From: Gnetum montanum
Taxonomy: Eukaryota; Plantae; Gnetophyta
NCBI GenBank assembly: GCA_015680685.1
Contig: MNCI01002986.1
Coordinates: 6,730-70,729 of the forward strand
Reading direction: 5' to 3'
DNA length: 64,000 nt
Part shown: positions 1 to 12,616 of the stretch, one piece after another
Position numbering within the stretch: the stretch's first letter is position 1
Layout of the letters: the number at the start of each line of letters is the position of its first letter
Position numbers and translations under genes: made by a program
Notes under the pieces: generated by a model
The model's input: the letters and a program-made list of their open reading frames with translations, nothing else
Told to the model about the DNA's origin: nothing
Databases searched by the model: none

Positions 1-147
1 CACGCCGCAACAGCACACACACATACTCACATTAACTACTAAGTTTATTTGGAGGTATCTGGGCCTTGGTGTTGCCAGAGACCAGCAGGCACCTAAATCC
101 TGTTCGAGGACACTCGTTGGCGGTCGCGTCCCAAACGGTTGCCAACA
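1..147. mobile_element. Terminal part of a younger, CpG-rich LTR-like element ending ...GGTTGCCAACA, inserted into LTR B
   Basis: Ends in CA exactly where similarity to the Athila-like LTR family starts (ACAACAAGTGAGAATAGATGC at 148, cf. ACAGTAAGTGGGAATAGATGC near 43889). Keeps CpGs (CGGTCGCGTC) unlike its neighbours. The other end is outside the window. Confidence 0.45.
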
Positions 148-317
148 ACAACAAGTGAGAATAGATGCTTATGTTAGGATTAGCTAGGTGTAGCTAGTTA
201 GATTCAATTAGCAATTTAATTATTTTATTTTATACATTTTTCTTTACCCTTAGGCAAATTAAAGTATAAAACATAAAAATGACAAAAATCATATGCCTTA
301 ATATCACTTAACCATAC
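148..317 (+). mobile_element. Athila-like LTR B, left piece (split by element A)
   Basis: Aligns colinearly with LTR E at ~43889-44058 and stops at AACCATAC, where element A begins. Confidence 0.85.
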
Positions 318-1156
318 TAATGAGTAGCGAGGTACCCCCACACTCAACCATATGAATACAAGCCTGTACACGCAATCCGATCGAACTCTGCAGATGGACT
401 AGTTGTGGCACCTAGATAGTTACACGTTGATTGTAGTTTGTTATCTTCCCACTTGGACTAGTATTTGCTTTTTCATGTATGGTTTAGTCCAGAGTGAGGT
501 GTATGATGTGATTTCTAACACTAGGCTACTCATGAAGGCAATGAGAAATAATTTTAATTAAACTAACAAGTAATATGAGATAAAATCTAAGCTAGCCTAA
601 GTGCGATAAGCATCCATCCTTAATCATCTATATGCATCTTGGCCCTCATGTACTACTTCTGAGGTTACCAAGCACACATTACTAAATACGCTACTAGGTT
701 ACCAAGTAGTTACACTTAAATGTTTATGATTAAGACGTACTTATTTCGCATTAATAACAAGAATAGTAAATAATGATAAAGAAATATTAACTAAGAAAAC
801 AATAAATAATAATTAACAATTAAACAATTAAAACTAAGTGAATGCTACAATGATGGAGTAATCTTGATCTTTATTGTCGATTGTGTATGTGTCCAAGTAC
901 ATCACACTCGAACAAAGGTTTCATACAATTACGAACATCACACTGTGGGCATGCACTTGAGAATGAATTGAAAACTAACAAAAAGACTTGACCCTAAAAC
1001 TTACTAACTCCTTCCTTCTTGTGCACCTGAGTGCTATATTTATAGCCCAAGACAAGAATCACGATATTGTGTATTCGATATTGTTATCCAAGCTATGATA
1101 TCGCATACCCGATATCAAGTATCCAATATCGGGGCTTGGCAAACCATGATTCATCA
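318..1156 (-). repeat. 3' LTR of element A
   Basis: 839 bp direct repeat of 8661-9508 with T(G>A)ATGAG...TTCATCA termini. PPT-like TACCCCCACG (minus CGTGGGGGTA) directly internal at 1157-1166. Confidence 0.93.
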
Positions 1157-1346
1157 TACCCCCACGATTGAATAACAACTTTTCCTCGAGTCAAACAATC
1201 AAAAGGAGAACGAGTCCATTTGATTACACAATTGATAGGTATGGGATTATTGACTAACTATGAATTACTTTATGCCATAGTGTGGAATTAAAAAAAAACA
1301 AAATTAGCACACCAACATAGAATACAAAAGATAAAATTGTGGGAAC

Positions 1347-4148
1347 TCATGTGGTTCCTGGTGGTGGTGGCTCCTCCATGGGTGTCTTCCCCTTATCTTG
1401 TGCTCTAAGCTTTGGAAATGGATATCTCTGAAGGAGCACCTGAAGTTGTTCTTCTTCGGTTTGAGGATCATGTGTCGTCCATGCTAATGTTTCAATATTT
1501 GATGGATTCAGCACCTTCCATGGACACGGTAGTTGTGGAAATATCTAATTGGCTTTGAAATACTAAGCTAAAAATAATTGTCAGTCCTCCTTGTAGGCTC
1601 TGGCTTTGCCTCTACATTCTTGGTAATCCATGAGCCATCAAGCCAAATCTGCCACAACATCTTTTTGTCCTTAGTAGCTGGCCTTGACCACCTCTAACTT
1701 AGAATTTTCTACCTCTAATTTCTACAATGTATTCTTGTGTTCAACAAATTATGCTTCATACTTAGCATAGGTGGCTGCTACCTACTTCTCCAATTCTATC
1801 CTCGGGCATCCTACTATCAACATGGCTAAGTTGGCATATTGTAGGTTTGCCAACTCCATGTGCTTGGTGAGATCCTAGATCTACAAGTCTCGGATCTTTA
1901 GTTCTACTTGGTGGGCAAAGATGTAAGTATCTAGTATGGCTCGCAAGTTAGCGTTCTGAGCACTGAGAGTGTTGATATGGGTCTTGGCCATATGGATTTC
2001 TTTTTCAATGATCTTCTTGTACATCCCCACCTAATCTTGGAAATGTTCCTTTAGCTTTTCATGTTGCTTAGCCTCATTCTACCATGTGCTTATTTCAATA
2101 GCCATCTTCTAACAAATCGTGCATAACTCCTTCATTGAGAGGGTCCTGTTTACTCTAGCTAAGCGACCCGTGTCCTAGTTGACCCTTATTAATTATTCTT
2201 GCATTTGTTAGAAATTCTCCTTGAGAAAATTCTTCTATTTCTCTATTGTGGTCAACTGAATATTCTTAGCAGCAAGGTGTTTATTTTCTTCTTGTGAGGC
2301 CTTGAGTGCTTTGGCATGTGCATACGTTTAGGCTTGTGCCTTTGAAGTATCCCAATTAGCCTTCTCTTTTTCCCTTGCCACCCTTTTATTCTCTTCTAAA
2401 AGTTTATTTAGCTCCTCAATTTGAAATGACTCTAGCTGGTCAACTGAGATAAATTCAGATGGATCCCCCTCTGTAGTTTGCAAGGCTACAAACTTCTCTT
2501 GGAGTCTTCTCAACTTGTCCTTATCATGTTCAGCCCTAACCTCTACCATGATCAACTTTCCTTTTGTAAAAATAAGGTCTGATTGTGTTACTGTGACATC
2601 TTGAGGGATGTCAAAAAAGGACATCATCACTTGTCCTATTTGCAACAACTAATCCAAAACATCTTCATATTCTGTAAGAATCATTGAGTGACTAGTTGAG
2701 ACTTGAGCATCGTGTGCTCTTGTGAGATCCCTCGGTGGCATAATAGGGACATTGAATGATTCTTTGATGTGGTCTATGACCACTTCTACTACTCTAGCTG
2801 CATCCTGATGTTGCATAACCACTACTGTGGTGCCTTCACCAGTTTCTAATTGCACTTGAAAAGATGCGGTGTTTCTAGAGATGTGTTATGACCAATGTGA
2901 TTCCCCTCCTCCTGTTTGTATAGAAACCTAGCCTCATGAATTATCAATTAAGACCATGGGCTATACAACATTGTCAATGACATTGAAGAGGTTAGCCTCA
3001 TTATGACTTCCCTAATTGACCATTTCCAGGATGGCCTTGAGATGGCTCATCGATTGTCAATAATCTTGCGATGGCAGTGGCGGTTAGTCTTACTAGCCTG
3101 TGGGTTAAGTGTTGAGCCCTACTTCCTATTGTTAACTAGGCCTCATGTCCAGAACTTGGCTAGGCTCAGTTGTTTGAGGTGTAGTGGGCCCAACCATCTG
3201 CTATTGGATAGGCTCTAATGTCTCACAAGCATCTTTCCTTGGTGTTGGTGGCTTCAGTTATTTAGCATATGAGACATTTTGAGCTTTTCTAGGGACATCA
3301 TTAGTGTACCCTAGAATTCTAGCACATTGGCATGGCTTCCTAATCAGACAGGAGAAAAGTAATGCAAACTTCTCCATCTTACATTCTTCAAACCGCCTCA
3401 ATATTTCTATGAGATATCGATGGGGTAGGTTGGCATCAACCTTGCCCATTAGGATTGCACTTCCTCTGGTCGCATAGGTGGAAATTCTATTTAATCCTTT
3501 TGTTAGGAAGAGATGATAGATGCTAATTTTGAAATAAATTCTCTCTTCAAAGGTGAGTTTCCCATATGTTTTATCTTCCTTACCGTATGCCCTTTTTAAC
3601 CATATTTTTTGTGCATCAACATCAGAGCGAGTGGATAGGTGAGTAACCTTGGAGCCTATATTCGAAAGGTTCCGAACTTCTGAAATGGCCTTAGTAAAGA
3701 AATTAACTAAAATCCCACCAATATTAATGGTGTTGCCTTCTTCCTTATTATGCCAAAATTGGTACATTTCCCCCAAATACCATTTGCCACTCTCTGAGAG
3801 AACAAGCCACAGTGGAGATCCTTTGAGTTGATCTCTAACTAACTTAGGGGAAAATTCAGTAAAGGGTCCAAAATTGAGTTCCACGATCACTGTAGCTAAC
3901 ATGGACCTTTCTCGAATTACTTGAACACATTCCGGAGATAATGTGATATGTTTTCCTTGTTTAGGTGCCCTGCCTTCTCCACCTTCTACATGCCCAGATT
4001 GTGCAATAACAAGGGGTTTTTGATAAATGATAAATGATTGTGCCTCCTGCTCTACATGTTCCATAGGAGGTCCTTAGCCCCTACCTCTCCTTGGCCATTT
4101 GGATGCACCCTGAGAGGGTTCTCCCTATTTTCCTCATTTAGGGGCCAT
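1347..4148 (-). pseudogene. Accessory ORF of element A in the Athila env-like position (~933 codons); N-terminal putative plant transposon protein-like segment, C-terminal coiled coil; broken by point stops
   Basis: ATG at 4148 (MAPK...) and TGA at 1347-1349 (...DKGKTPMEEPPPPGTT*) span 2802 nt. ORF-track pieces 3258..4064, 2649..2855 and 2328..2648 all share the frame of 4148. MYQFWHN..INIGGILVNFFTKAISEV resembles VxEFYxN..VRGxxIxFTxxxIxE segments of retrotransposon accessory proteins. Confidence 0.8.
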
Positions 4149-4660
4149 CTGCAATCACATAGGATCAACTGTTAGTAAGGTCATTTAACAACATTTGATT
4201 TATACCTTACTCATTGCCTATAATGAATTCAATTCTTGCTTAGTATGATTTAGAGTTAGAAATTTTCAAGAAAATACCTTTAAAAGTTTTCATGTTGGGC
4301 CCAATTTGATCAGGTAACTCCAAAAATAATTTCCATGGTTTGGGTGAAGAAATAAAATTGGATTGGCATAAGTTCTTATCATTCTTTTTAAGATCACTTA
4401 CTCCTATGATATCCTTTGAGCAACAACGAATTTCAAAAAAACTATGTGCACCTTGAAGCATACCCTTCCACCACAACTGAGTTAAACACTTCGGGTTTAA
4501 GCAAGTTTGATTGGAAGAAGAATCGGAGCATTAATGAGCAAGATATTGATCTTTAAATGATAAGTGCGTAAGCTTGAAAATTTGTGGAAGAAAATTGCAT
4601 CAACTCCCCTCGCATGAAGAGTTAAAAATGATGTTGACGCATCCAGGGGGGCGGGTGTCC

Positions 4661-4750
4661 ATATATATAGATTTTATAAACACAATATCACATACGTGCT
4701 AGCATGAACCTGATATCGCGTCAAACCCAATACTGAGTACCCGATATCAT
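4661..4750 (-). promoter_or_regulatory. Candidate internal promoter upstream of the accessory ORF
   Basis: TATATATA (4661-4669) with GATATCG-type repeats upstream on the minus strand (4683, 4711, 4742; GAGTACCCGATATC). Same motif and arrangement as the LTR U3 at ~9390-9485. Confidence 0.55.
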
Positions 4751-6189
4751 GTCCCTTCCAAAATATGGTACTTGACAAAATTGATAAATTGATAAATTTT
4801 CATGGTAAAAAAGGAAGGATTTAAGGTAGATTTGGAAGGTATGGGGTAAAGTTAAATAGACATCAAGGCACAAAAATTGTAATGAAGTTGAATTATATAA
4901 TGAAGTTCTTGAACAGGGTGTAGAAAAAGGAGATGTAGTGGTGCAGAGGAATGTTTAGGTTGAAATAATGATAAAGAAAAGAATAAATTTAGTAGTGTAG
5001 TACTCAAAGGATAGAAAATGATGTGGCAATGTGCAATAAGTGCAAATTACAAAAGTTATGCAAGTGGATCCTCCCCAAAGCAGGTTCCAACCTATCATGC
5101 CCTTGTGTAACCACACCTTAAAATGTCTGTAGGCACTACTAGTGCAACAAAACAAGCCCAGTGCAACAAAACACACACATGTTAAATACCATTGTGATGA
5201 GGTATGAATTCTATGCCACACAACACACAAGTTAGAAATACTTGGACAATGAAATGAGACGAATCGTAGAAGGGATTTCCAAAATTGAGACATGAGGTAA
5301 CTTACCCTAGGCACAATGAATCCTAATTATGGGGCATGATTAATGTATCATCAGCCTTTCACTCCAAAATCAAGATCAAGTCCATGCATCTGATCATTGA
5401 CATTGCATTGTTTCATCTAATGATGTACAACCATAAGAGCATCATGACAGCAAGGCGTATGATCACTTGGCGTTTTGTCCAAGGGAGGAGTGATTTGGAA
5501 TTTCTCTATAGCACATTCTTCTTGATCTTTTCTTTGTTTTTTTTTTCTCCTTTCTTTTCTTTTTCTTTTTCGTCTAGCTTCTTTAGCACTTTGTCATTTC
5601 CAACGGTGATCTAGAGAAGCCACCAACCTTCAGGCATGGGTGCATGTCTTTCCAGTGGAATCCTTTAGAACAACATTGAGTTTCTTTATTGAGTGCCTTT
5701 ATTACTCTTACTTCCATTTTTGGTTAGATCTACAAGGATTTTAGTACAACCAAGCTATATGATAGCACATACAGATGTCACCAAACAAAATGCACAAGTC
5801 CCCTTGATGTCACACCCTGGCCATTCCCTCTTAGTCCATCATCCTTAGCTCTGGGCATAATGAGTACAAAGTTACTTTAAGTTTTAATGATGACAAGAAT
5901 ATCATGGTAACTAGAGTAGAACCTCTTATTAATAGAATGGATGGGTGGATATTGTGGGCTCATTGTCCAAATAATTAGTCACCCAAGACTTAATAACATA
6001 GAACAACACCTCAACTGACAAGTCACATGAGTATTTTATTCACCAATGAGATTACCCTAAAAAAGATGAAACAAAAAATTAAAAGATGAAAAATTAGAAA
6101 ATAAAAATTGGAAAACAAAAAAAATTGTAAAACTAAAGAAAAGGAAAAACAATTATTAATTCTGCTTAGTAGAAGGGGCAGTATCCCCC

Positions 6190-8527
6190 ATGACTAAACC
6201 TTTGAGCATGGCTAGAATTAATAAATGGAAAATTTGGATCCATGCATGTTGGAAAGATTAGGGTCTGGTCATATCCAAACCACTGGGTGTCTTTTGATGT
6301 GGTGGCAAGAATGTACCCAAATTGCGGTTCACACACTTAATTAAAGTAGGCATAGTGGGGCAGATTAGAAGATGTGGTCATGTGATAAGAAGCTAATCCA
6401 CTATGACACCCATGACCATAAGATGGTATGGAAGGACCGATATGTCTCCCTACGTGGTTATATCCATTGGGTGTCATGGTTGTTAGAGCGTTAATTGATG
6501 GCCTGAATGAGATAACAAGAGGCGTTGAGTTTGAGGAGGAAGATGCATCATAGTGCTAGGCTTGTGCTGAGTTGGAGGATGTAGTGGTTTCAAAATTGTG
6601 TTGTCTCTTTCTACAGTCATGCCTAAATAAAGGACGCTTCCAACATTGGGGAGGACTTCCACTGTTGTTGATAGTAGCAACACAAGTAATGTTCATGAGT
6701 TGGTGCTATGGTGCAAAACCTTCTGGTACAACTGGTGGTGATGTAGAATGAGGTGAAGGATGAGAATATTGAGGGCAAGGAGAAGTGTAAAGAACATGAG
6801 GTGGTGATCCCATGGGAGAGCATATGGGTTGATAGTACTCAGGAGAATGATAACGATGAGGTGAAGTAAAGGATGTTGATCCAGTTGGAGAAATAGGGTG
6901 TTGAACATAATAAGCATTTGGTATCGGGGTATACGAAGGATGTGGTTTGTTTGGTAGTGGGCTCTCCCACGACTGGGGGTTTTGCCATTATAGTTGGACA
7001 CAATACTTCTGTACGAAATCTGGATGTAGCATTCCTCCCCAATGCTCATGTAAATGTGACAATACTAGGCATTGACTTTCAAGGTGATCATATAGACAAA
7101 CATCACATTGATACTTATGATTTGCAGTTGAGTTCCTATCCTTATTTTTTTCAACCCTCCTTTCCGATTGTCGAATGGTGTTCTATCCTGTTTCTAAGTT
7201 CAGTATCCTCTGTTTGTTTTGGTTGTCAGAGTGATCTTGCATGGTTCTACCTCTAATAATGTTTGCATATTCCCCACATTTTTCATGTACCCATTCTGTC
7301 ATCTTATTAATCTTTGCCTCAATTTCATCTAGTAATTGCAGTATTGGCAAAGATAATTCCACCTCCTTAGGTGAGTTGATTTCTACTCTTCATGATTATG
7401 GACCTTTGTTATTTTAATATTTTGGTCCTATTGAGATCTTTTAACATTCTCCCATTTGGCTATTTCTCCTTCTTCTTTTGCTACTTGCTTAATAAGCTCT
7501 TAGAATTGGTGGGTTCGTAGTTCATATAGTCAACATCGGGCATACATCTTAGGGTCTCCCTTGTTTCATTACAGAGCCCATCCATGATGTGATACATTAG
7601 CCTTTTCTCAGAGAACCCATGGCCTAGGCAGTTTAACAGTGAGTAATATCTTTCTAAGGCCATGTCCAAGGGTTCATGTTGCCCTTGTTTCCACTCTTGA
7701 ATTTGTCTCCTCAAGGCTAACACTCTTGCACAGGTCTGGTATCTTTCGTTGAAGAGTTCTACCATTGTTAACCAATGGCGAATTGATTTGGGTTTTAAAG
7801 ATCTATACCATACTTTTGCTTGGCCAATGAGTATCATAGGAAAGAGCTTAAGTCTTTTCCATCCATTATCAATGTTGTTCCATGCACAAGCATCATAGAA
7901 GACTTGTAAATGATCTTGCGGATCTAAATCATAGCCTACTGAAAACTTGGGAAACTTTTTTAAATCAAGCCTAGGTAGATGGCTTTTCTTATGATTCCTA
8001 TAGGATATTTGAATAGCCTCTTACATATGCATTAGGCTCTTAGTGGCCAGTAGGGGTCCATCGTCACTAAGTAGGTTGTGAGTTTGTGAGTTGGGATAAT
8101 GTTATCTTTGTTCATGTTGGCGTTCTTGATTTTGCCCATGGGTTTGATTCTTATTTCTACATCGACCCCTTGAGAGATGGTCATCTATGTCACAACTTAA
8201 CATTGAAGGAGCAGAGGAAGAGAAAGAACTAGAAGACTTGTCAGGAATTTTGTAAGTCTCCCAATCATCCCTAGATAAACTCTTGTTAACCATTAAGAAG
8301 GTCCTAGGCCTTATGGGCCCCCTCGTTTTATGGGATGTCCCATCCTTACTAAAGGTGTCTAAGTTGGATGACAAGAGTCCTTGAGTATCGTTGGGGTATC
8401 CATGAACATATGAAACTCCTGCATGAGGTTAAGTACTCCAAACTTCTTCTTCATCATAAATTGTGTTAGTTCTCCAATGAATTGCCTCACTAATTGTTGC
8501 ATTAAAATTGTCTTGTAAGAGAGACAT
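6190..8527 (-). pseudogene. Decayed gag of element A
   Basis: ATG at 8527. ORF 7481..7837 (AKVWYRSL..IRHWLTMVELFNERY..Q..HEPL) is Retrotrans_gag-like. CDVCLYDHLESQC knuckle near 7060-7107. A Pro/His-rich tail runs straight into the post-pol motif GTCATGGGGGA at ~6184-6194. Confidence 0.85.
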
Positions 8528-8640
8528 TATTGTGAATTGTGTGTGAATTAATTGAAATTAATCTCTTTTTTAAAAGATATATCATTAATACTTTGTTATA
8601 GTGATCTTGTATGATATAACTAATCTAGATAACTAGCACC

Positions 8641-8659
8641 GTCCCTAGCAATGGCGCCA
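8641..8659 (-). promoter_or_regulatory. Primer-binding site (tRNA-Asp) of element A
   Basis: Minus strand TGGCGCCATTGCTAGGGAC versus the Athila-type PBS TGGCGCCGTTGCCGGGGA, 1 nt from the LTR. Confidence 0.9.
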
Positions 8660-8660
8660 A

Positions 8661-9508
8661 TGATGAGCGGCGAGGTACCCCTACACTCAACCATATAAAA
8701 ATGAACATGTACACGTGATCTGGTCGAACTCCGCAAACGGACTAGTTGTAGCACCTAGATAGTTACACATTAATCGCAGTTCACTGTCTTCCCACCTGAA
8801 CTAGTATTTTCTTTGTCACATATAATTTAGTCCAAAGTGAGGTGTATGATGTGATTTCTAACACTAGGCTACTCCTATAGGCAATAAGAAATAATCTTGA
8901 TTAAACTAATAAGCAATATGAGGTAAAATCTAAGCTAACCTAAGTGTGATGAGTATTCATCCTTAATCATCTGTACGCATCTTGGACCTCATGTACTACT
9001 TCTAGGGTTACCAAGAGCACATTACTTGGGCATTACTAGATACACTACTGAGTTACCAAGTAGTTACACTTAAATGTTCATGATTAAGACATACTCATTC
9101 TGCATTAACAATAGGAATAGTAAATAATGATAAAGAAATGTTAACTAAGAAATTAATAAATAATAATTAACAATTAAATAATTAAAACTAAGTAAATGCT
9201 ACAATGATGGAGTAATCTCGATCTTTATTGCTGATTGTGTGTGTCCAAGTACATCACACTCGAACAAAGGTTCCATACAATTACAAACATCACACTACAG
9301 GCATGCACTTGGGAATGAACTGAAAAATGACAAAAAGACTTGACCCTCAAACTTACCAACTCCTCCCTTCTTATGCGCTTGAGTGCTATATTTATAGGCC
9401 AACATAGGAATCACGATATCGTGTATTCAATATCATTATCCAAGTTGTAATATCACGTACCCAATATCGAGTATCTGATATTGAGGCTTGGCAAACTGTG
9501 ATTCATCA
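8661..9508 (-). repeat. 5' LTR of element A
   Basis: 848 bp, TGATGAG...TTCATCA. TATAAATA on the minus strand near 9390 with GATATCG repeats upstream. Confidence 0.93.
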
Positions 9509-9513
9509 CATAC

Positions 9514-9681
9514 CTTTGCATCTCACAATTGTAATTGGAAAGACAACGATTGCAATAGTTAGTTTCACTTCCTAGAGACCAATGTACATAGAAGGATATA
9601 AGTCCATGGAATTCGACCAAATTGCACGTGAACACTTAGTGATTCATATGGCTAGGCATAGGGTCTACACATCACTCATCA
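9514..9681 (+). mobile_element. Athila-like LTR B, right piece (3' or solo LTR inserted in gag of element C)
   Basis: Continues the alignment to LTR E (44059-44226) and ends CTCATCA at 9681. Followed not by a PBS but by ATCCCTTAGG..., the zinc-knuckle region of a minus-strand gag (cf. 37040). Confidence 0.85.
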
Positions 9682-12616
9682 ATCCCTTAGGATGTTCGTA
9701 CTAGCACACATTGCAACCTTCATCACTTATGAAGCTGGTGTTTGAGCACTCAGCCACTAAAATGACTTTGCCTTTGTGTCCAAGTTCTTTCTTCCTTCTT
9801 TTGTCTTTACCTCTTCCTAATGCTTGTTCGATTTGTTCCTCCACCATCTTTAATGCAGTTGAGAATTTTTCATCAATAGAATCCCACATTTTCTCTACCC
9901 TAACTATAATGTCACTTACACACTTCTAGATTGGTACAATCTTTTGCTAGATGACATTGTCCAAGGTTTCATCCTCTTGTTTGTCACATATTCATACATC
10001 GCTCTTCCAAATTGATGGATCTCTATTGTACTCTTTACCTTATTCCCTTTTTCTAAGTTCTCCTTCCTCTTTGGCCACTTGGTCGATCAATCTTTGAATA
10101 CGATGGATGATCAATTTGATAGTCTTTCTTGGGCATAAACCCCAAGGGTCTCTCTAGTTTTGCTTCTCAACCCATCTACAATGTGCCCTAGCTATTCCTT
10201 CGATGAAAATATGTGGCTTGAACATCTATGTAACAATGAATAATATTTTCCCCATCACCACATCAAGGGTTTCATGAGTCCCTTGTTTCCAACCTTAGAT
10301 TTATTTTCTTAGATTGACATTCGTGAATAGGTCTAGTATTTATCATTAAATATTTCAAGCATGGTACTCTAGCATCTAATGGATTCAGGTTCTAGTGACC
10401 TGTACTAGCTTTCTACTTCCTTCACAAGTGTTCTAGGAAATAGCTTCAATTTTTTCCAATCACTCTCTATGTTTTGGAGGACACATGGATCATGGAAAGC
10501 TTGAAGGTGATGCTATGGATCAATGTTGTAGCCACCTTCACATCTTGGCATATTATTCATGTCTAGTCATTTGATTCGGCTATCCTTTACATGTCTAGTT
10601 GGTATATAGACAACTTCCTAAATATTGATCATGCTCTGGGTTGCCATAAGGGGTTCATCATCATGATTAGGTTCTTATGCTCTATTGTAGCGGTGACTCC
10701 TTCTATGCTCATGCCTCTATTGATCCTCTCTTCTGTCTCTTCATCTTCTTTGTTCATACTCTTCATCTTCTAAATCAGAGTACCTTGAATATTAGTCATG
10801 ATGACCATGAGTTCACCTTTCTTCCCTGTCAGAGTCTCAGTACTTGTGTTTTCTTCTATTAGAGCCCTTTGATGATTGCAATGAGGTTGATGAGGTAGCA
10901 CAAGAATCTTGCCGACTGGTTCTCCTTTCATGACTCTTGTATGTTTCTCTATAAGATTTAGCAGGAACCCTTGGCCTAGAGTCCTACTTGTATCTTGAGT
11001 CAGTAGCCTTCCTCTTGTGTGTCTTTGCTAGAGTAGAATGAAGTTGGGCTTTGATAGGTTCCTCTAGTCTGATGATAGGTGTTTTTGACAACTCCTCATG
11101 ATTCTAGTGGAGTTGTTCTAAAATGAATTGATCAGCATCAAGTTCTTCTATGATAACAGAAGTGTTGGCTTGCTTCCTTTTGCTGTGTACATGTTTTATT
11201 TCCATGGTAGCATCTCTTCTCATCTACTCCTTTGTGGGTTCATAGGGTCTAATCATGTGTTGAGTCACATAATAGCCTTCCTGGATCTAGTCCAAATGCA
11301 TTCCACTTAGAGCAGTTTGTAGCATGTTCAATTTTGCACATTCTGGAGGTAGGACTATATTGCCTTACATGTCTCTCCATCTCATTTGATTATCCCGATG
11401 GAAGGTGAAAGTGAAGTCTAGATGGTAAGGATTAGTGTGAGCATAAGTGATTCTTGTCTACATTGGAATTCCTCATTCTTCTTCATCAATGATTCTATCA
11501 CTACTTCTTCTTGTCTCTTTGGCAAATGATGGTTGATCATTATGTGAAGCCATATTATAGTTTTTAGATGGTTTTTGTTAAAAGTGTGCTTTACTTATAG
11601 TTGTTAGGTTTGACTTAAAGTTTCAAATACAAAGAACTTTGAAAACTCAATTACTTAACATAACATTGACATGTCCTTGACAACGGTGCCAATGATGAGC
11701 GGTGGAGTATCTAACACCCAATCATATGAGATACGAGAGTTCACGTAAGATCCCAGTCAAATTCCATAGACAAGACAATGTACTTATGCAAGGAATTGGT
11801 TAGAGTTCACGATCATTACCTTCCCACATGAGCTACTAAAATTGATGTATATAGTTTAACTCACAATGAGGCATATGATAATGATGTTGTATTGGCCATA
11901 TTTCTCCTAGAAAACATGAAGTAAATGAAAAGTAAAGGTAGTAGTTTCTAAATCTAAGTGACAATAAACAAAATCTAATCTAGCCTATGTGATGGACATC
12001 TATTCCTAATTCTTTGGACATGTCTTGAACTCATGCAATCGTTACTAGGATTACCAAGTATTATGCTACTAGGCGAACCAAGCAATAATACTACTGGGTT
12101 ATCAAACAATCACACTTAATGCTCAAAATCAATCGTATCCATTCCGCTTAACAACAGAAATGATAAAATGCATAGAAAGTAAATCAATAACTAGAGAAAA
12201 CACTAAACATTAAGCTAAATGAAAATAGAAAAATTATTTTTTAAGTGTAAACAATAAAGACTAAGTAATGCTGCAATGATGTGAAATAATCTTGATCTTT
12301 ATTCCCATGCATGAAACATGTCCAAGTATATTCCACTCAAATAAAGACTCCATTTAATTACTAAACATCACATTGCAGGCATACACTCCTAAATGCTAGG
12401 TGCTAAAATTGAGAAAACAAACTAACATAATTTTACTAAGTATGAAATGAAACTATGTGTGGACAATGTGCCTAAGTGTTGTATTTATGGGCCCACACAC
12501 ATCTACGATATTGAATACGTGACATCGTATCTTGTGCCCCCATATCAAGGATTTGATATCGCAGCTTTGATATCGAATACTCAATATCGTGGCTGACGAA
12601 AAAACTTGATTTATCA
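9682..12616 (-). mobile_element. Element C: 5' part of an Athila-like element (5' LTR 11693-12616, Asp PBS, decayed gag ~9682-11553)
   Basis: TGATGAGC...TTTATCA LTR. PBS (minus) TTGGCACCGTTGTCAAGGAC at 11673-11692. gag remnants colinear with D gag (ELFPRTLVKEVES..,GWKQGTHETLD). Interrupted by LTR B. Confidence 0.85.

Larger units (their letters stand above)
318..9508 (-). mobile_element. Element A: complete non-autonomous Athila-like Ty3/Gypsy LTR retrotransposon (gag + accessory ORF, no pol)
   Basis: Paired LTRs 318-1156 and 8661-9508. 5-bp TSD CATAC (313-317, 9509-9513). tRNA-Asp PBS and PPT present. Retrotrans_gag-like and zinc-knuckle remnants. No protease/RT/RH/INT motifs seen. Confidence 0.93.
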
